A stretch of DNA of 64,000 bases, from positions 1 through 64,000 of IMG/VR virus record IMGVR_UViG_3300020810_000992; one strand, 5' to 3'. How positions within the stretch are numbered: the first letter of the stretch is position 1; each line of letters starts with the position of its first letter. A program made the position numbers and the translations under genes. This document shows positions 19,579 to 29,267 of the stretch, piece after piece. Under the pieces are notes generated by a model. The model was given only the letters and a program-made list of their open reading frames with translations, made no database searches and was not told where the DNA came from. The DNA is from a virus.

Positions 19579-19602
19579 GAGAGCCCTATGGGCTCTTTTT
19601 TT
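19579..19602 (+). terminator. rho-independent terminator
   Basis: AGAGCCC-tat-GGGCTCT followed by a T-run. Confidence 0.85.
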
Positions 19603-19650
19603 GTGACTTTATTTTAATAAATACACACATAACAGATTGGGAGGTGTGTT

Positions 19651-19794
19651 ATGGCAAAAACAGTAAACATTCATATTCATGAACCAGTTCGAAAAAAATC
19701 CAGCTCAAGTGGCAAGATGAGTATGGTTAAGATGTCTAGTATGCCAAAGAGCAAAAAAAGATCATTTAAGAAATATCGAGGACAGGGTAAGTAG
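19651..19794 (+). CDS. 47-aa basic peptide ending KKYRGQGK
   Basis: RBS GGAGGT; late TAAATA motif upstream. Confidence 0.75.
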   Translation: MAKTVNIHIHEPVRKKSSSSGKMSMVKMSSMPKSKKRSFKKYRGQGK

Positions 19795-19850
19795 ATAAAA
19801 TAAATAATGTAGTGTTAGAGGGCAACACTATAAATTTTTTGGAGGGCAAA

Positions 19851-20324
19851 ATGCAACAAAATGAATACGACGTGACAGTCATTAAAATAGTCGACGGGGA
19901 CACTGTAGACGTAGATATCGATCTAGGGTTTGGTGTTTGTTTAAAAGATGAGCGTGTGCGTATTATGGGCATTGACACGCCCGAGTCACGCACAAGTGAT
20001 AGAGTAGAGGACTTGTTTGGCGAAGCGGCAAAAGCAAGACTAAAAGAGCTTATGAAGCAAGGTGGTAAACTTATTACTACTGAAGACAAACACGGCGAAG
20101 ATATGAAAGGCAAGTTTGGACGTATTCTAGGAGACTTTCGTGTACCAGACGGACGTAAAGTAACAGATATACTAATTGAAGAAGGACATGCAGTAGCATA
20201 CTTTGGCGGATCAAAAGACGAAGTTCAAATGAAGCATATGGCTAATAGAGCAAAACTACTTCGCGAAGGTATTGTAAGTCAAGAAGACTATGATGCCGCA
20301 GTTAAATTAATGGAAAGCAAATAA
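19851..20324 (+). CDS. thermonuclease (SNase-like)
   Basis: VDGDTVD...RVRIMGIDTPE...GKFGRILG. Confidence 0.9.
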   Translation: MQQNEYDVTVIKIVDGDTVDVDIDLGFGVCLKDERVRIMGIDTPESRTSDRVEDLFGEAAKARLKELMKQGGKLITTEDKHGEDMKGKFGRILGDFRVPDGRKVTDILIEEGHAVAYFGGSKDEVQMKHMANRAKLLREGIVSQEDYDAAVKLMESK

Positions 20325-20577
20325 AATGTCTAAAAAATCATTGAGAAAAGGTACCGCAGTTACAACACCTAGTAATAGGCCTGTACGCGATACGTCTGAA
20401 ACTGTAGAACCAAAAAAGGCGCCGCCAGCACGTAAAAATTCAAAAAATACTTAACCAAAATAGGTTGACTTTCTCTATGTTATAGTATATATTATACTTA
20501 ATATGTTTAATATAACTAAACTAGAAACAATAAAAAGAGCTCTTTTGAGCTCTTTTTTTATAACGAAAGGAGCCAAC

Positions 20578-20844
20578 ATGGCTAAATCTAAAGTAAAAGG
20601 CGTTACATTCTTTAAAGAAGGAACGCAAAATCAACAAATCTTACAAAACTACTGGGGAAATGGTAAAACATTTACTACACACGATCTAGAAGACAAACTA
20701 GACATTATGAGCCCAGGTGCAAGATTAACTGAGCTAAGAGAAGCTGGTTTTGATGTAAGAGTAGTAGAGTCTAACTCAAACGACATGCCAGGTAGACCTC
20801 AAGCAACGTATAAGATCTTAAAAAGAAGAGCATACGCCGCATAA
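20578..20844 (+). CDS. winged-helix DNA-binding protein
   Basis: RBS AAGGAG; IMSPGARLTELREAGFDV (HTH-type); C-terminus AYAA. Confidence 0.7.
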   Translation: MAKSKVKGVTFFKEGTQNQQILQNYWGNGKTFTTHDLEDKLDIMSPGARLTELREAGFDVRVVESNSNDMPGRPQATYKILKRRAYAA

Positions 20845-20921
20845 GTAATTTTACCAAAATAACTTGACATTGTGCCGCGTCGACTATATTATTAACATAT
20901 GTTTAATACAGGAGCGGCACA

Positions 20922-21383
20922 ATGACGATGCATCTAGTACGAGGAATGACTACACTTAATACTCGTAAGAAGAAATCAGCTAAAATGACTGCTGGCAAAT
21001 TAGAACGTTTGCAAAAAGATCACAAAGAACACAACAAACAAATGAAACGTTTAGGATGTCATAATAATATGATGACGTTTGAAGAGTATGTTGACTATGT
21101 TCATGGTAGATATAAACCTAAAACAAAAGTTACATCTACAGACAACTCCTTCAACTGGCAAACTAATCCAACTTATCAAAGAGAAACTCCATATATTCCT
21201 AGTCGAGGTAGTGATAGTTTTTCTCCTTGCACAAAGAAAGAATCTATGAAGTATACAGGCGAGCGTAAACTAGTAGGCATTGCAATGATGCATAAATCTA
21301 ATCTTGTTCCTGTATTTGCAGACGATGATGATAAAACAGGACAAAAACAAGCTACTGAAATAGCACAAATGCGTAGAAACTAA
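20922..21383 (+). CDS. hypothetical phage protein
   Basis: YTG..LVGIAMMHKSNLVPVF...A.MRR motif; own sigma70 promoter. Confidence 0.8.
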   Translation: MTMHLVRGMTTLNTRKKKSAKMTAGKLERLQKDHKEHNKQMKRLGCHNNMMTFEEYVDYVHGRYKPKTKVTSTDNSFNWQTNPTYQRETPYIPSRGSDSFSPCTKKESMKYTGERKLVGIAMMHKSNLVPVFADDDDKTGQKQATEIAQMRRN

Positions 21384-21425
21384 ACTTAGCACTTTATATA
21401 TAAGGGAGCATACTTTAAATAGTAT

Positions 21426-22007
21426 ATGAAACAAATTATGAAAATATCAACAGCACTATTCTTTTTGACACTTGGTATAGCAATGTCCTTTGCCGCAGGC
21501 AATTCAAATGCAGACACAAACTTTGCAAAACCAACGCCGCTTGTAACAAAAACTGATACTCCACAAATACATTGTTTGGCAATGAATATCTATCACGAAG
21601 CACGAAATGAAAGTCTAGCAGGACAAGCCGCAGTAGCCGATGTTGTTCTTAACCGTGTAAAAGACAGACGCTACCCAAACACAATATGCGAAGTAGTTCA
21701 CGACGGTCCAATCAAAGAAAGCTGGAAGACACGTCAAACACCTGATCCAGATGATGCTGTATTTCATCCAATTCGTAATCGTTGTCAATTTAGTTGGTAC
21801 TGTGACGGAAAGTCAGACGAACCAAAAAATCGTGTAGCATGGGAATCTGCTAAATTACTTGCATGGCAAATACTTCGCAAAGATCGATTTGTAGGAGTAT
21901 CACAAGGTGCTACTCACTATCATGCAACCTATGTAGATCCAGCGTGGGCTCGTTCATTTAGACTAGTTGGCCGCATTGATACTCATATTTTCTACAGAGC
22001 AGATTAA
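21426..22007 (+). CDS. cell wall hydrolase, SleB/Hydrolase_2 family
   Basis: CLAMNIYHEARNE...AVADVVLNRV...YPNTICEVV...CQFSW...GATHYHA...HIFY. Confidence 0.92.
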   Translation: MKQIMKISTALFFLTLGIAMSFAAGNSNADTNFAKPTPLVTKTDTPQIHCLAMNIYHEARNESLAGQAAVADVVLNRVKDRRYPNTICEVVHDGPIKESWKTRQTPDPDDAVFHPIRNRCQFSWYCDGKSDEPKNRVAWESAKLLAWQILRKDRFVGVSQGATHYHATYVDPAWARSFRLVGRIDTHIFYRAD

Positions 22008-22086
22008 CTTTACCAAAATAGGTTGACTTTAATGTTAACCTGTCTTATAATAAGAGAACATTAACAAAAAGGCTATGGAGGCTTAA

Positions 22087-22599
22087 ATGAAAGGCATTAT
22101 TAAACTAGCGGCAGTAGGAGCACTTGTATCTATGCTAGGTGCTTGCTCAACTTATACAACTATTGCTGAACGTGACGAATATGCACAACCTAAATGGTAT
22201 GCAAACTGTGTAGAGTCAGGCGTAAGCGGATACTTTTGGTGGAAACAAGAATATGCATATGCTTGTGGCGCCGGCGAAAGTATTTTTGTACAAGCCGCTG
22301 AAGAACAAATGTATGCTATTGCAATGAATAACTTTGCAAAACGTATTAACAGTGAAGTAAACTCTACAACTAAACTGCAATTTAACGATAACAATGGTTC
22401 AGAGTCTAGACAAACTAGCACAATGATCAGTTATGAAGTTAAGAACACAACTATCCGTGAACATATTGCAAAAGAAACTGGGACATTTAAGTACCAAGGT
22501 AAAATGTATACCTTTGTGAAACTTAGATTGAACAAAGAAATTTTTGATGCACTTGTTCAGGAGGCTAAAAATGCTAAAGTTGTTGCAAACAACGGCTAA
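22087..22599 (+). CDS. lipoprotein (LPP20-like)
   Basis: Lipobox LGAC; PKW motif. Confidence 0.7.
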   Translation: MKGIIKLAAVGALVSMLGACSTYTTIAERDEYAQPKWYANCVESGVSGYFWWKQEYAYACGAGESIFVQAAEEQMYAIAMNNFAKRINSEVNSTTKLQFNDNNGSESRQTSTMISYEVKNTTIREHIAKETGTFKYQGKMYTFVKLRLNKEIFDALVQEAKNAKVVANNG

Positions 22600-22927
22600 A
22601 GGTACATTACTTGTTACAGCAGTGCTGGCAATGTCAGCCTGCTCAAGTACACCTGAAACACCGGTAATGGCACAGTTCCAACCTCAATATTGCCATACTA
22701 AAAGTCAGTATACTCTGCAAGACGGCACTAAAGCAAACAGTAGGATAGATGTTAGTTGTACTGATAATCCTGAAGACAAACACTTTTTGTCATATAGTGA
22801 TATTGCAAAGAATTGCAGAGAACATTGGTATGATATTAGAATTAATAACCGATTGGAGAAGCAACGTGGGTACATTTGTCAAAAGTTTGACGGCAGTTGG
22901 GAAATCGTTAATCATCCTTATAAGTAG
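22571..22927 (+). CDS. lipoprotein
   Basis: RBS AGGAGG; lipobox MSAC. Confidence 0.7.
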   Translation: MLKLLQTTAKGTLLVTAVLAMSACSSTPETPVMAQFQPQYCHTKSQYTLQDGTKANSRIDVSCTDNPEDKHFLSYSDIAKNCREHWYDIRINNRLEKQRGYICQKFDGSWEIVNHPYK

Positions 22928-23324
22928 TGTGCTATTTTTAAGTGCATGTGGAACGACATCTAATACTAACAGCCGAAGTACATATGCAAGTACTAATGCG
23001 GATTACTCTAGTCCAAGTAGTTCAATAGTTGTTGCAATGAATTATCTAAAATGGTCAACTCATAAAATGACCGCTTGGGATCAAAAACAGCAAGAACAAG
23101 CAGTATTTTTTGCATTAAACAATCTTAAAGCAGGTGAAGTTACTAATTGGTATAATGGTAATACTGGAGCAAGAGGACAGGTGCGAGTTGCGATGAGCTA
23201 TCCTCAGGGGAGTGGTTATTGTAGAGTATTACAGAGTGAAATTTATTACAATGGTAAAGACCGCAACTTCCAAGAAACTGCATGTATAAACGCAGTTGAT
23301 AATACCTGGCGCTTTGTCAGATAA
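22866..23324 (+). CDS. lipoprotein with 17-kDa surface antigen-like domain (start uncertain)
   Basis: Lipobox LSAC; ALN...GE..NWYN.NTG.RG...YCR...ETAC...WR. Confidence 0.7.
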   Translation: MGTFVKSLTAVGKSLIILISSVLFLSACGTTSNTNSRSTYASTNADYSSPSSSIVVAMNYLKWSTHKMTAWDQKQQEQAVFFALNNLKAGEVTNWYNGNTGARGQVRVAMSYPQGSGYCRVLQSEIYYNGKDRNFQETACINAVDNTWRFVR

Positions 23325-23345
23325 ATATACTACGAGGAAACAAAT

Positions 23346-25268
23346 TTGGCATTAGGTATTTTAGTTTTAATTACTGCTCTTACTATATCAGCAGTAGCAA
23401 TATATTATTCAGTAGCAGGTCTGGTGGCAATCTTTGCCGCGGCCGCACTTCCTATTATGATTATGGGTGGTGCATTAGAAGTTGGCAAACTCGTAACAGC
23501 AGTTTGGTTACACAAGTATTGGTCACAAGCAAAATGGTGGTTGCGAACGTATCTCGCATTAGCTGTATTGATTTTGATGTTCATTACAAGTATGGGCATC
23601 TTTGGCTTTCTATCAAAAGCACACATTGAACAAACGAGTGCAGGTGAAGAAAGCGTAGCACAAGTTGAACGTTTAACTTTAGAAATAGATAGACAAACTA
23701 ATATTATTAAACGTGCAGAAGAACAAATTACTAAATTAGAAACTAGTGGTACAGGAAACGATGCTAATATTCAATCACAGATTGATAAAGAGCAGGTGCG
23801 TATTGACACAGCATACGATCGAATTGATCCTGCTATTGCAGAACAAAATACAATTATTGCAGGCGTTACTGCATTGTTCCAACAAGAACTTGACCGCATT
23901 GATGGAGAACTTGCAACACTACAAGGTTACATTGACGCAGGAGAAATCAAAAAAGCACAGGGCATGGTAGGTACAGCAACAGATGGTGCTTATGGTCCTA
24001 AGACAGCCGCGGCGTTTACAGCATGGCAAGACGCTAAACGTGCAGAGCGTAACGAATGGTTACAAAAGATTCAAGAATCCGCAAATTCACCTACTGTAAA
24101 AGCGGCACGTGATGAAATTGCAAGACTACGCAAAAGCGCAGAAGATCAAATTGCACAGTCAAATACACTAATCAATCGCCTGCGTAATCAATTAGGCACA
24201 ACAGATAAAACTGCTGAAATTGATGCCCAAGTTGATGAGCAGAATGCTCGTATTAAAACTGCTAATGCAGAAATCAATACGCTTACAGAAGAAAAATATG
24301 CATTAGAAGGTGAGTATCGTAAATTAGAAGCAGAAGTAGGTCCGATTAAATACATTGCTGAATTTGTATATGGCGAAAACGCAGATAACAATATGCTTGA
24401 AGACGCTGTACGTTGGGTAATAATTATTATTATCTTTGTATTTGACCCACTAGCAGTCTTATTGCTGATAGCAAGCCAATATACCTTTGAGTTTAGACGC
24501 AAACAACTTGAAGATGACAGCGGTGACCGTCTTCGGCTCGAGAGACAGGAATATGAACAAGCAAGGGCACAGCGTATAGTTGACAACCCTGGCTATAATA
24601 TTGATGATCTTAAGGAGGATGCGGATGAAAACGACCAACGAGAAGATAGAGAAGAGACAGAGCAAGTTGATACAAGCCTGCCTAAAGCACAACCCAGCGA
24701 AACAGTTGAAGCACAAGATGAAGCTGATCCAGTTGTGGCTACAGAAAAAGAAAGAAAATTAAATGTTACAACAAATACTACTACAACAGATGATGATAGC
24801 AGAGACGTTCTATCAAAAGATGATATTGCCAAGTCTTATCACACAGATGACAGAGTGGAACAGTCTAAAGTACAGGCTGATGAAATCAAACATCAAGAAT
24901 ACTTAGAAGAAGAAAAAACGTCTAATCCAATCGAAAAAAAAGAGTTAGAATCGTCGGAAGAGTCAAACGACCTAGAGAATTGGAATAAATGGGTAGAGGC
25001 TGCCGAAGAAGCTGTTCAAAAAGAAGAAGTAGACATTCGAGCTCAAAAAGTAACAGAGCAAGAAACTGACGCTGAATGGGTTGAAGCAAAGCGTAAATGG
25101 AAAGACGAAAATCCAGATCAAAATCTAAAAGATTGGAAACATGCTTATATCTCAGGAAGAATAGAAGATCTTCCTTGGGCCAAATATGTAAAGAACTCAT
25201 ACGTACAAAACGAGGAACAAAGTGAGAATTCAATTTGGAATAAATTGTCACGTGCAGACAATAAGTAA
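23346..25268 (+). CDS. large membrane-anchored coiled-coil protein with PG-binding-like motif and acidic tail
   Basis: TTG start with GAGG RBS; three N-terminal TMs, coiled coil, DGAYGPKTAAA, FDPLAVLLL TM. Confidence 0.85.
   Translation: MALGILVLITALTISAVAIYYSVAGLVAIFAAAALPIMIMGGALEVGKLVTAVWLHKYWSQAKWWLRTYLALAVLILMFITSMGIFGFLSKAHIEQTSAGEESVAQVERLTLEIDRQTNIIKRAEEQITKLETSGTGNDANIQSQIDKEQVRIDTAYDRIDPAIAEQNTIIAGVTALFQQELDRIDGELATLQGYIDAGEIKKAQGMVGTATDGAYGPKTAAAFTAWQDAKRAERNEWLQKIQESANSPTVKAARDEIARLRKSAEDQIAQSNTLINRLRNQLGTTDKTAEIDAQVDEQNARIKTANAEINTLTEEKYALEGEYRKLEAEVGPIKYIAEFVYGENADNNMLEDAVRWVIIIIIFVFDPLAVLLLIASQYTFEFRRKQLEDDSGDRLRLERQEYEQARAQRIVDNPGYNIDDLKEDADENDQREDREETEQVDTSLPKAQPSETVEAQDEADPVVATEKERKLNVTTNTTTTDDDSRDVLSKDDIAKSYHTDDRVEQSKVQADEIKHQEYLEEEKTSNPIEKKELESSEESNDLENWNKWVEAAEEAVQKEEVDIRAQKVTEQETDAEWVEAKRKWKDENPDQNLKDWKHAYISGRIEDLPWAKYVKNSYVQNEEQSENSIWNKLSRADNK
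24625..24762 (+). CDS. putative nested 45-aa basic protein in the +1 frame
   Basis: AAGGAGG 6 nt before ATG; MKTTNEKIEKRQSKLIQACLKHNPAKQLKHKMKLIQLWLQKKKEN. Confidence 0.5.
   Translation: MKTTNEKIEKRQSKLIQACLKHNPAKQLKHKMKLIQLWLQKKKEN
24763..24906 (+). CDS. putative second nested 47-aa ORF in the +1 frame
   Basis: TAAATG coupling to the previous nested ORF; MLQQILLQQMMIAETFYQKMILPSLITQMTEWNSLKYRLMKSNIKNT. Confidence 0.35.
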   Translation: MLQQILLQQMMIAETFYQKMILPSLITQMTEWNSLKYRLMKSNIKNT

Positions 25269-25273
25269 GTTTA

Positions 25274-25666
25274 ATGTCTAATACAATTATTAACCTTATT
25301 ACAGCACCTGACAAACTATTCAATTCAAATCCTAGTTTACTATTAGTAAATCCGGGTGACTCTGTTAAAGAAGACTTTAACACACAAGCAAACAAACTTA
25401 CAAATCCAATCAATTTATATCTTTTTGAAGGTAATCCTCTAGATGCCAAATGGCTATTAGATGTTGCACAAAGTGTTGACTATATTATATTAGATATTGA
25501 TAACACAAAAGACAATACGTGGTTAATTGGATATTTGTTAAGTTTTGGTAAAACTTTTTACTTGACAAATGAGGCACAATCAGTGTATAATATAATTAAC
25601 GTGAACAGAATATACGAACTTAAACAATTTATGGAAGGAGTAAATTATTTTGGCATATCACAATAA
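25274..25666 (+). CDS. hypothetical protein
   Basis: 130-aa ORF, INLITAPDKL. Confidence 0.75.
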   Translation: MSNTIINLITAPDKLFNSNPSLLLVNPGDSVKEDFNTQANKLTNPINLYLFEGNPLDAKWLLDVAQSVDYIILDIDNTKDNTWLIGYLLSFGKTFYLTNEAQSVYNIINVNRIYELKQFMEGVNYFGISQ

Positions 25667-25922
25667 TAGAGGCAACAAACCTTTTAAACCTAGAAACAAT
25701 GATAACGGTGTAACAGGACTTACTGTAGAAGTAAGAAATGGTGATGTTACTAAAGCATTGCGTATTTTCAAAAAGAAAGTACAAGATGCCGGCATTTTAC
25801 AAGAATATAAAGAACGTCAACATTACGAAAAACCAAGCGAAACACGTAAAAAAGCAAAAGCCGCAGGACGTAAACGCTGGCTTAAAGCAGTTGAAAAACG
25901 TAAGCAAGAACAAGGCTATTAA
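25650..25922 (+). CDS. rpsU: 30S ribosomal protein bS21
   Basis: VEVRNGDVTKALRIFKKKVQDAGILQEYKERQHYEKPSE; TTG start with AAGGAG. Confidence 0.92.
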   Translation: MAYHNNRGNKPFKPRNNDNGVTGLTVEVRNGDVTKALRIFKKKVQDAGILQEYKERQHYEKPSETRKKAKAAGRKRWLKAVEKRKQEQGY

Positions 25923-25924
25923 AA

Positions 25925-26509
25925 ATGACACTTACTGCCGAACAGTGGTTTCCCAGTGTTATCTGGTCAGGAATGTTGTCGGGTGTAGATAATGAAGCTA
26001 TCTCATTATTTGCATACGATCGAATGGCAGTTGACACTGGTGTACAAATATCAAATTATCTAGGATGGCAAAGTAATCCTATTCGACATGGTGATTGTGA
26101 GGAATTTGATAAACTTGTATCTGTATTAAACGAACAAATTCACAATTGTTCAGTACAAGCAGATCTTCCAGAATTGCAGGTACAGAATATTTGGATTAAC
26201 ATTAATAAACCAGGTGCATATAATCACTTGCATAATCACGCTGGTGCACTCCTAAGTGGAGTATACTATGTAAAAAGTACACCTGAACAAGGCAACATCT
26301 TTTTTGAAAGAGGAGATAATGCCGAATACTTTTTACCTCCAATGGAAAAACCAAATTATTTTACAAGTACTGCAACAACTTACAAAGCAATGTCTGATGC
26401 TTTGTATATTTTTCCTGGTTGGCTTAAACATAGTGTACAGCCTAATTTAACCAAAGATGATAGAATTAGTATAAGTTTCAATTACGGAGTTAAACCAAAT
26501 GCGACTTGA
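25925..26509 (+). CDS. putative 2OG-Fe(II) oxygenase (TIGR02466-like)
   Basis: [14 protein letters not shown]...LSGVYYV...FPGWLKHSV...RISISFN. Confidence 0.85.
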   Translation: MTLTAEQWFPSVIWSGMLSGVDNEAISLFAYDRMAVDTGVQISNYLGWQSNPIRHGDCEEFDKLVSVLNEQIHNCSVQADLPELQVQNIWININKPGAYNHLHNHAGALLSGVYYVKSTPEQGNIFFERGDNAEYFLPPMEKPNYFTSTATTYKAMSDALYIFPGWLKHSVQPNLTKDDRISISFNYGVKPNAT

Positions 26510-27638
26510 AGAAGACACAAAGTTAGATTATAAAGATGTACTTATTCGTCCCAAGCGAAGCACACTAAGCAGTCGCAAAGAAGTAGACTTAGAACGCAAG
26601 TTTACATTTCGTAACTACGTTCCAGACTTTCCAGACAACATAGAAGACTATCAGTATCGTGGTATTCCTATTATGGCGGCCAATATGGATGGTGTTGGTA
26701 CTATGGAGATGGCAGATAAACTTGCAGAAGGCAATATGTTTACTTGTCTAGTTAAAACATATCCAGTTGAAAACCTAGTTGATTACTTTAATGCAGGTAT
26801 CAAAGAGCGTACAGATAATGTAGCTATGAGTATAGGTATTACTGATCATGATATGGGTAAGTTTATGCGAGTATACTCACAAGCAGATGGAAATTTAAAA
26901 TACGTCTGTGTAGACGTAGCAAATGGATATTCTGAACGATTTGCAGACTTTATTCGCAAATTAAGAAACCAGTATCCAAATATTGTAATCATCGCCGGAA
27001 ATGTAGTAACAGGCGAAATGACGGAGGAATTGATTCTTGCTGGAGCTGATATTGTTAAAGTGGGCATTGGCCCTGGTTCTGTGTGTACAACTCGTATTCA
27101 AACTGGCGTGGGTTATCCTCAGTTATCGGCAGTTATTGAGTGTGCAGATGCGGCTCACGGGCTTGGTGGTCACATCATCGCTGATGGTGGATGCACTTGT
27201 CCTGGTGATGTTGCTAAGGCATTTGCCGCAGGTGCAGACTTTGTAATGCTTGGTGGTATGCTTGCTGGACACGATGAAGGTGGCGGCGAAGTAATTACAA
27301 AATATTACGAAACAAATGAACGTAACTATGAAATGAGTCAAGGCACACCAGGTGGATTTGAGAAAGTTATAGAAACTAAAAAGTTTATACAATTCTACGG
27401 AATGAGCAGTGATACTGCAAACGATAAACATTTTGGCGGACTAAAGGAGTACCGTAGCAGTGAAGGACGAACAGTTCTTGTGCCTTACAGGGGAGAAGTA
27501 GCACGGACAGTACAAGACTTGCTCGGAGGTATCCGTTCAACTTGTACATATGCAGGCGCCAAAAAACTAAAACAACTTAGTAAATGCACAACCTTTGTAC
27601 GTTGCACACAACAATTTAACGCAGTATACGCAAACTAA
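26499..27638 (+). CDS. guaC: GMP reductase
   Basis: [47 protein letters not shown]. Confidence 0.95.
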   Translation: MRLEEDTKLDYKDVLIRPKRSTLSSRKEVDLERKFTFRNYVPDFPDNIEDYQYRGIPIMAANMDGVGTMEMADKLAEGNMFTCLVKTYPVENLVDYFNAGIKERTDNVAMSIGITDHDMGKFMRVYSQADGNLKYVCVDVANGYSERFADFIRKLRNQYPNIVIIAGNVVTGEMTEELILAGADIVKVGIGPGSVCTTRIQTGVGYPQLSAVIECADAAHGLGGHIIADGGCTCPGDVAKAFAAGADFVMLGGMLAGHDEGGGEVITKYYETNERNYEMSQGTPGGFEKVIETKKFIQFYGMSSDTANDKHFGGLKEYRSSEGRTVLVPYRGEVARTVQDLLGGIRSTCTYAGAKKLKQLSKCTTFVRCTQQFNAVYAN

Positions 27639-27650
27639 AGGCAATCTAAC

Positions 27651-28331
27651 ATGATCTATTACGTTCCAGTTCCTGTAGAGGACCATGAGAATCTTATCGG
27701 TAAATCCTTTGCAAAGAGGTTTGCTAACGAAATGTATTCTTACTATGCTCCGTTTATTAAAAAGGGACGGCCTATTCAATTAGCAAAAGAAACATGGGAA
27801 TATGCTGTTGCTGATAGTATTGACGGAGGTGACTGGGTAGGTGCAGGTAAAAATGTTATCGATGTTCGAGCACCCGGAATTGAAATTGATGTAAAAGGTT
27901 TAAGCTCTCAAAATCTAAACGGTACAACAACTGAAGCAAGTATCTTACAAAATAATAAACTAGAAAACGATAATTTTGCAAAACTATTTGAGAGAAAAGA
28001 TTTTTCTGCTCTCAAAGATATGTTTGTAGACCCTTTTGTTGAAAAGATTAAGGCAACAAATAACCTACATATACTATGCGCAGTAAGAGAAAAGAAAGAA
28101 CAGAAAGTACATTATTGTTTACTAAAAGTAATGCAAAAGGAAAATCCAAATTTTGTAAAAGAAATGACAATGGATGCAAAACGTAGTGTAAGTGTTCCTA
28201 TGATTGATCCAAAATACGGTAAAACATACTTGTATATCCCTAAACGTAGATTAGAAATACGCCTAAAAATGGAAGAAATGTCAAAATTTTCAGTATTTTC
28301 ACATTCAATTCTTGACAATACTGATGATTGA
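27651..28331 (+). CDS. hypothetical protein, possible restriction-endonuclease-fold nuclease
   Basis: E...VIDV...IEIDVK resembles a PD-(D/E)XK core. Confidence 0.5.
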   Translation: MIYYVPVPVEDHENLIGKSFAKRFANEMYSYYAPFIKKGRPIQLAKETWEYAVADSIDGGDWVGAGKNVIDVRAPGIEIDVKGLSSQNLNGTTTEASILQNNKLENDNFAKLFERKDFSALKDMFVDPFVEKIKATNNLHILCAVREKKEQKVHYCLLKVMQKENPNFVKEMTMDAKRSVSVPMIDPKYGKTYLYIPKRRLEIRLKMEEMSKFSVFSHSILDNTDD

Positions 28332-28354
28332 GTGTATAAATAATAATGTAGGAA

Positions 28355-28431
28355 CAGGAACGAATCCTGCTTTTACTGGAGTGCCCATAAGGGACTCTAA
28401 TATTAATCTTGCTTATTAAAGGAGAAAAAAC
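28355..28431 (+). promoter_or_regulatory. ROSE-like RNA thermometer in the hsp20 5' UTR
   Basis: Two upstream hairpins, then UCUUGCU (28407-13) pairing with SD AGGAGA (28420-25) around a bulged G. Confidence 0.65.
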
Positions 28432-28911
28432 ATGACAAGACTAACAACTCTAGACCTACCTTCATTCCACAGAGCAACAATTGGCTTTGATAGAATGTTT
28501 AACGAATTAGAAAGAAACTTTGCTAATTCACAATCAAACGGTTACCCACCATACAACATAGCACAGATCAACGACGATGAGTATATGATCTCATTGGCAG
28601 TCGCTGGCTTTGGTATGGATAATCTTACAGTTGAAAAAGATGGTAACATTCTTAAGATTGAAGGTATCGCTCCTAAGGGAGGCGAAGAAGTAAACTACCT
28701 ACATAAAGGAATCGGCGGACGCAACTTCCGTAGAGAGTTTACACTTGCTGATCACGTCGATGTAGTTAGCGCAGGCCTTGAACTAGGTATGCTTAACATT
28801 CATCTAAAGCGTGAAGTACCGGAAGCACTAAAGCCTAAGCGTATTGAAATTACTGACTGGAATGGTCATGTGCAGGAAGCACACGATGTAATTGAAAACG
28901 ATAGCAAGTAA
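28432..28911 (+). CDS. small heat shock protein Hsp20 (IbpA-like)
   Basis: IGFDRMF, YPPYNI, LAVAGF, YLHKGIG.RNFRREFTLA, GMLNIHL. Confidence 0.95.
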   Translation: MTRLTTLDLPSFHRATIGFDRMFNELERNFANSQSNGYPPYNIAQINDDEYMISLAVAGFGMDNLTVEKDGNILKIEGIAPKGGEEVNYLHKGIGGRNFRREFTLADHVDVVSAGLELGMLNIHLKREVPEALKPKRIEITDWNGHVQEAHDVIENDSK

Positions 28912-28961
28912 ACAGAAAGTCTAGGGGGAGTGTAACAACTCCCCCATCTAAGGAGAATTAA

Positions 28962-29267
28962 ATGAGTACAAATACTGATGTTGTAATTGAAGAACAGATT
29001 AAAGAAGTAGTCCTTGATCCAGGCAAATTTAAAGTTATCATTTTAAATGATAATGTTACTCCTATGGATTTTGTTGTAGAAATCTTATCTGAAATATTTA
29101 AACATTCTTTTCAAACAGCACAAGAACTAACTATGGCCATTCATTCAAAAGGATCTGCTGTAGTAGGACTGTATACATATGAGATTGCAGAGCAAAAATC
29201 AGTAGAAGCAACTAAACTTTCTCGAGAACATGGTTTCCCGTTACAAGTAGCAATTGAAAAAGAATAA
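28962..29267 (+). CDS. clpS: Clp protease adaptor ClpS
   Basis: KVIILNDNVTPMDFVV.IL...IHSKGSAVVG.YTYEIAE.K...GFPL. Confidence 0.92.
   Translation: MSTNTDVVIEEQIKEVVLDPGKFKVIILNDNVTPMDFVVEILSEIFKHSFQTAQELTMAIHSKGSAVVGLYTYEIAEQKSVEATKLSREHGFPLQVAIEKE

Noticed and set aside
24934-24988. A8G run (GAA AAA AAA GAG) in the 640-aa gene as a frameshift
   Set aside because: The zero frame continues normally and the -1 frame gives only about 15 residues; no supporting evidence
28924-28945. GGGGGAGT/ACTCCCCC hairpin between hsp20 and clpS as a terminator
   Set aside because: Lacks a U-tract; more likely a stabilising or processing stem, so not called a terminator
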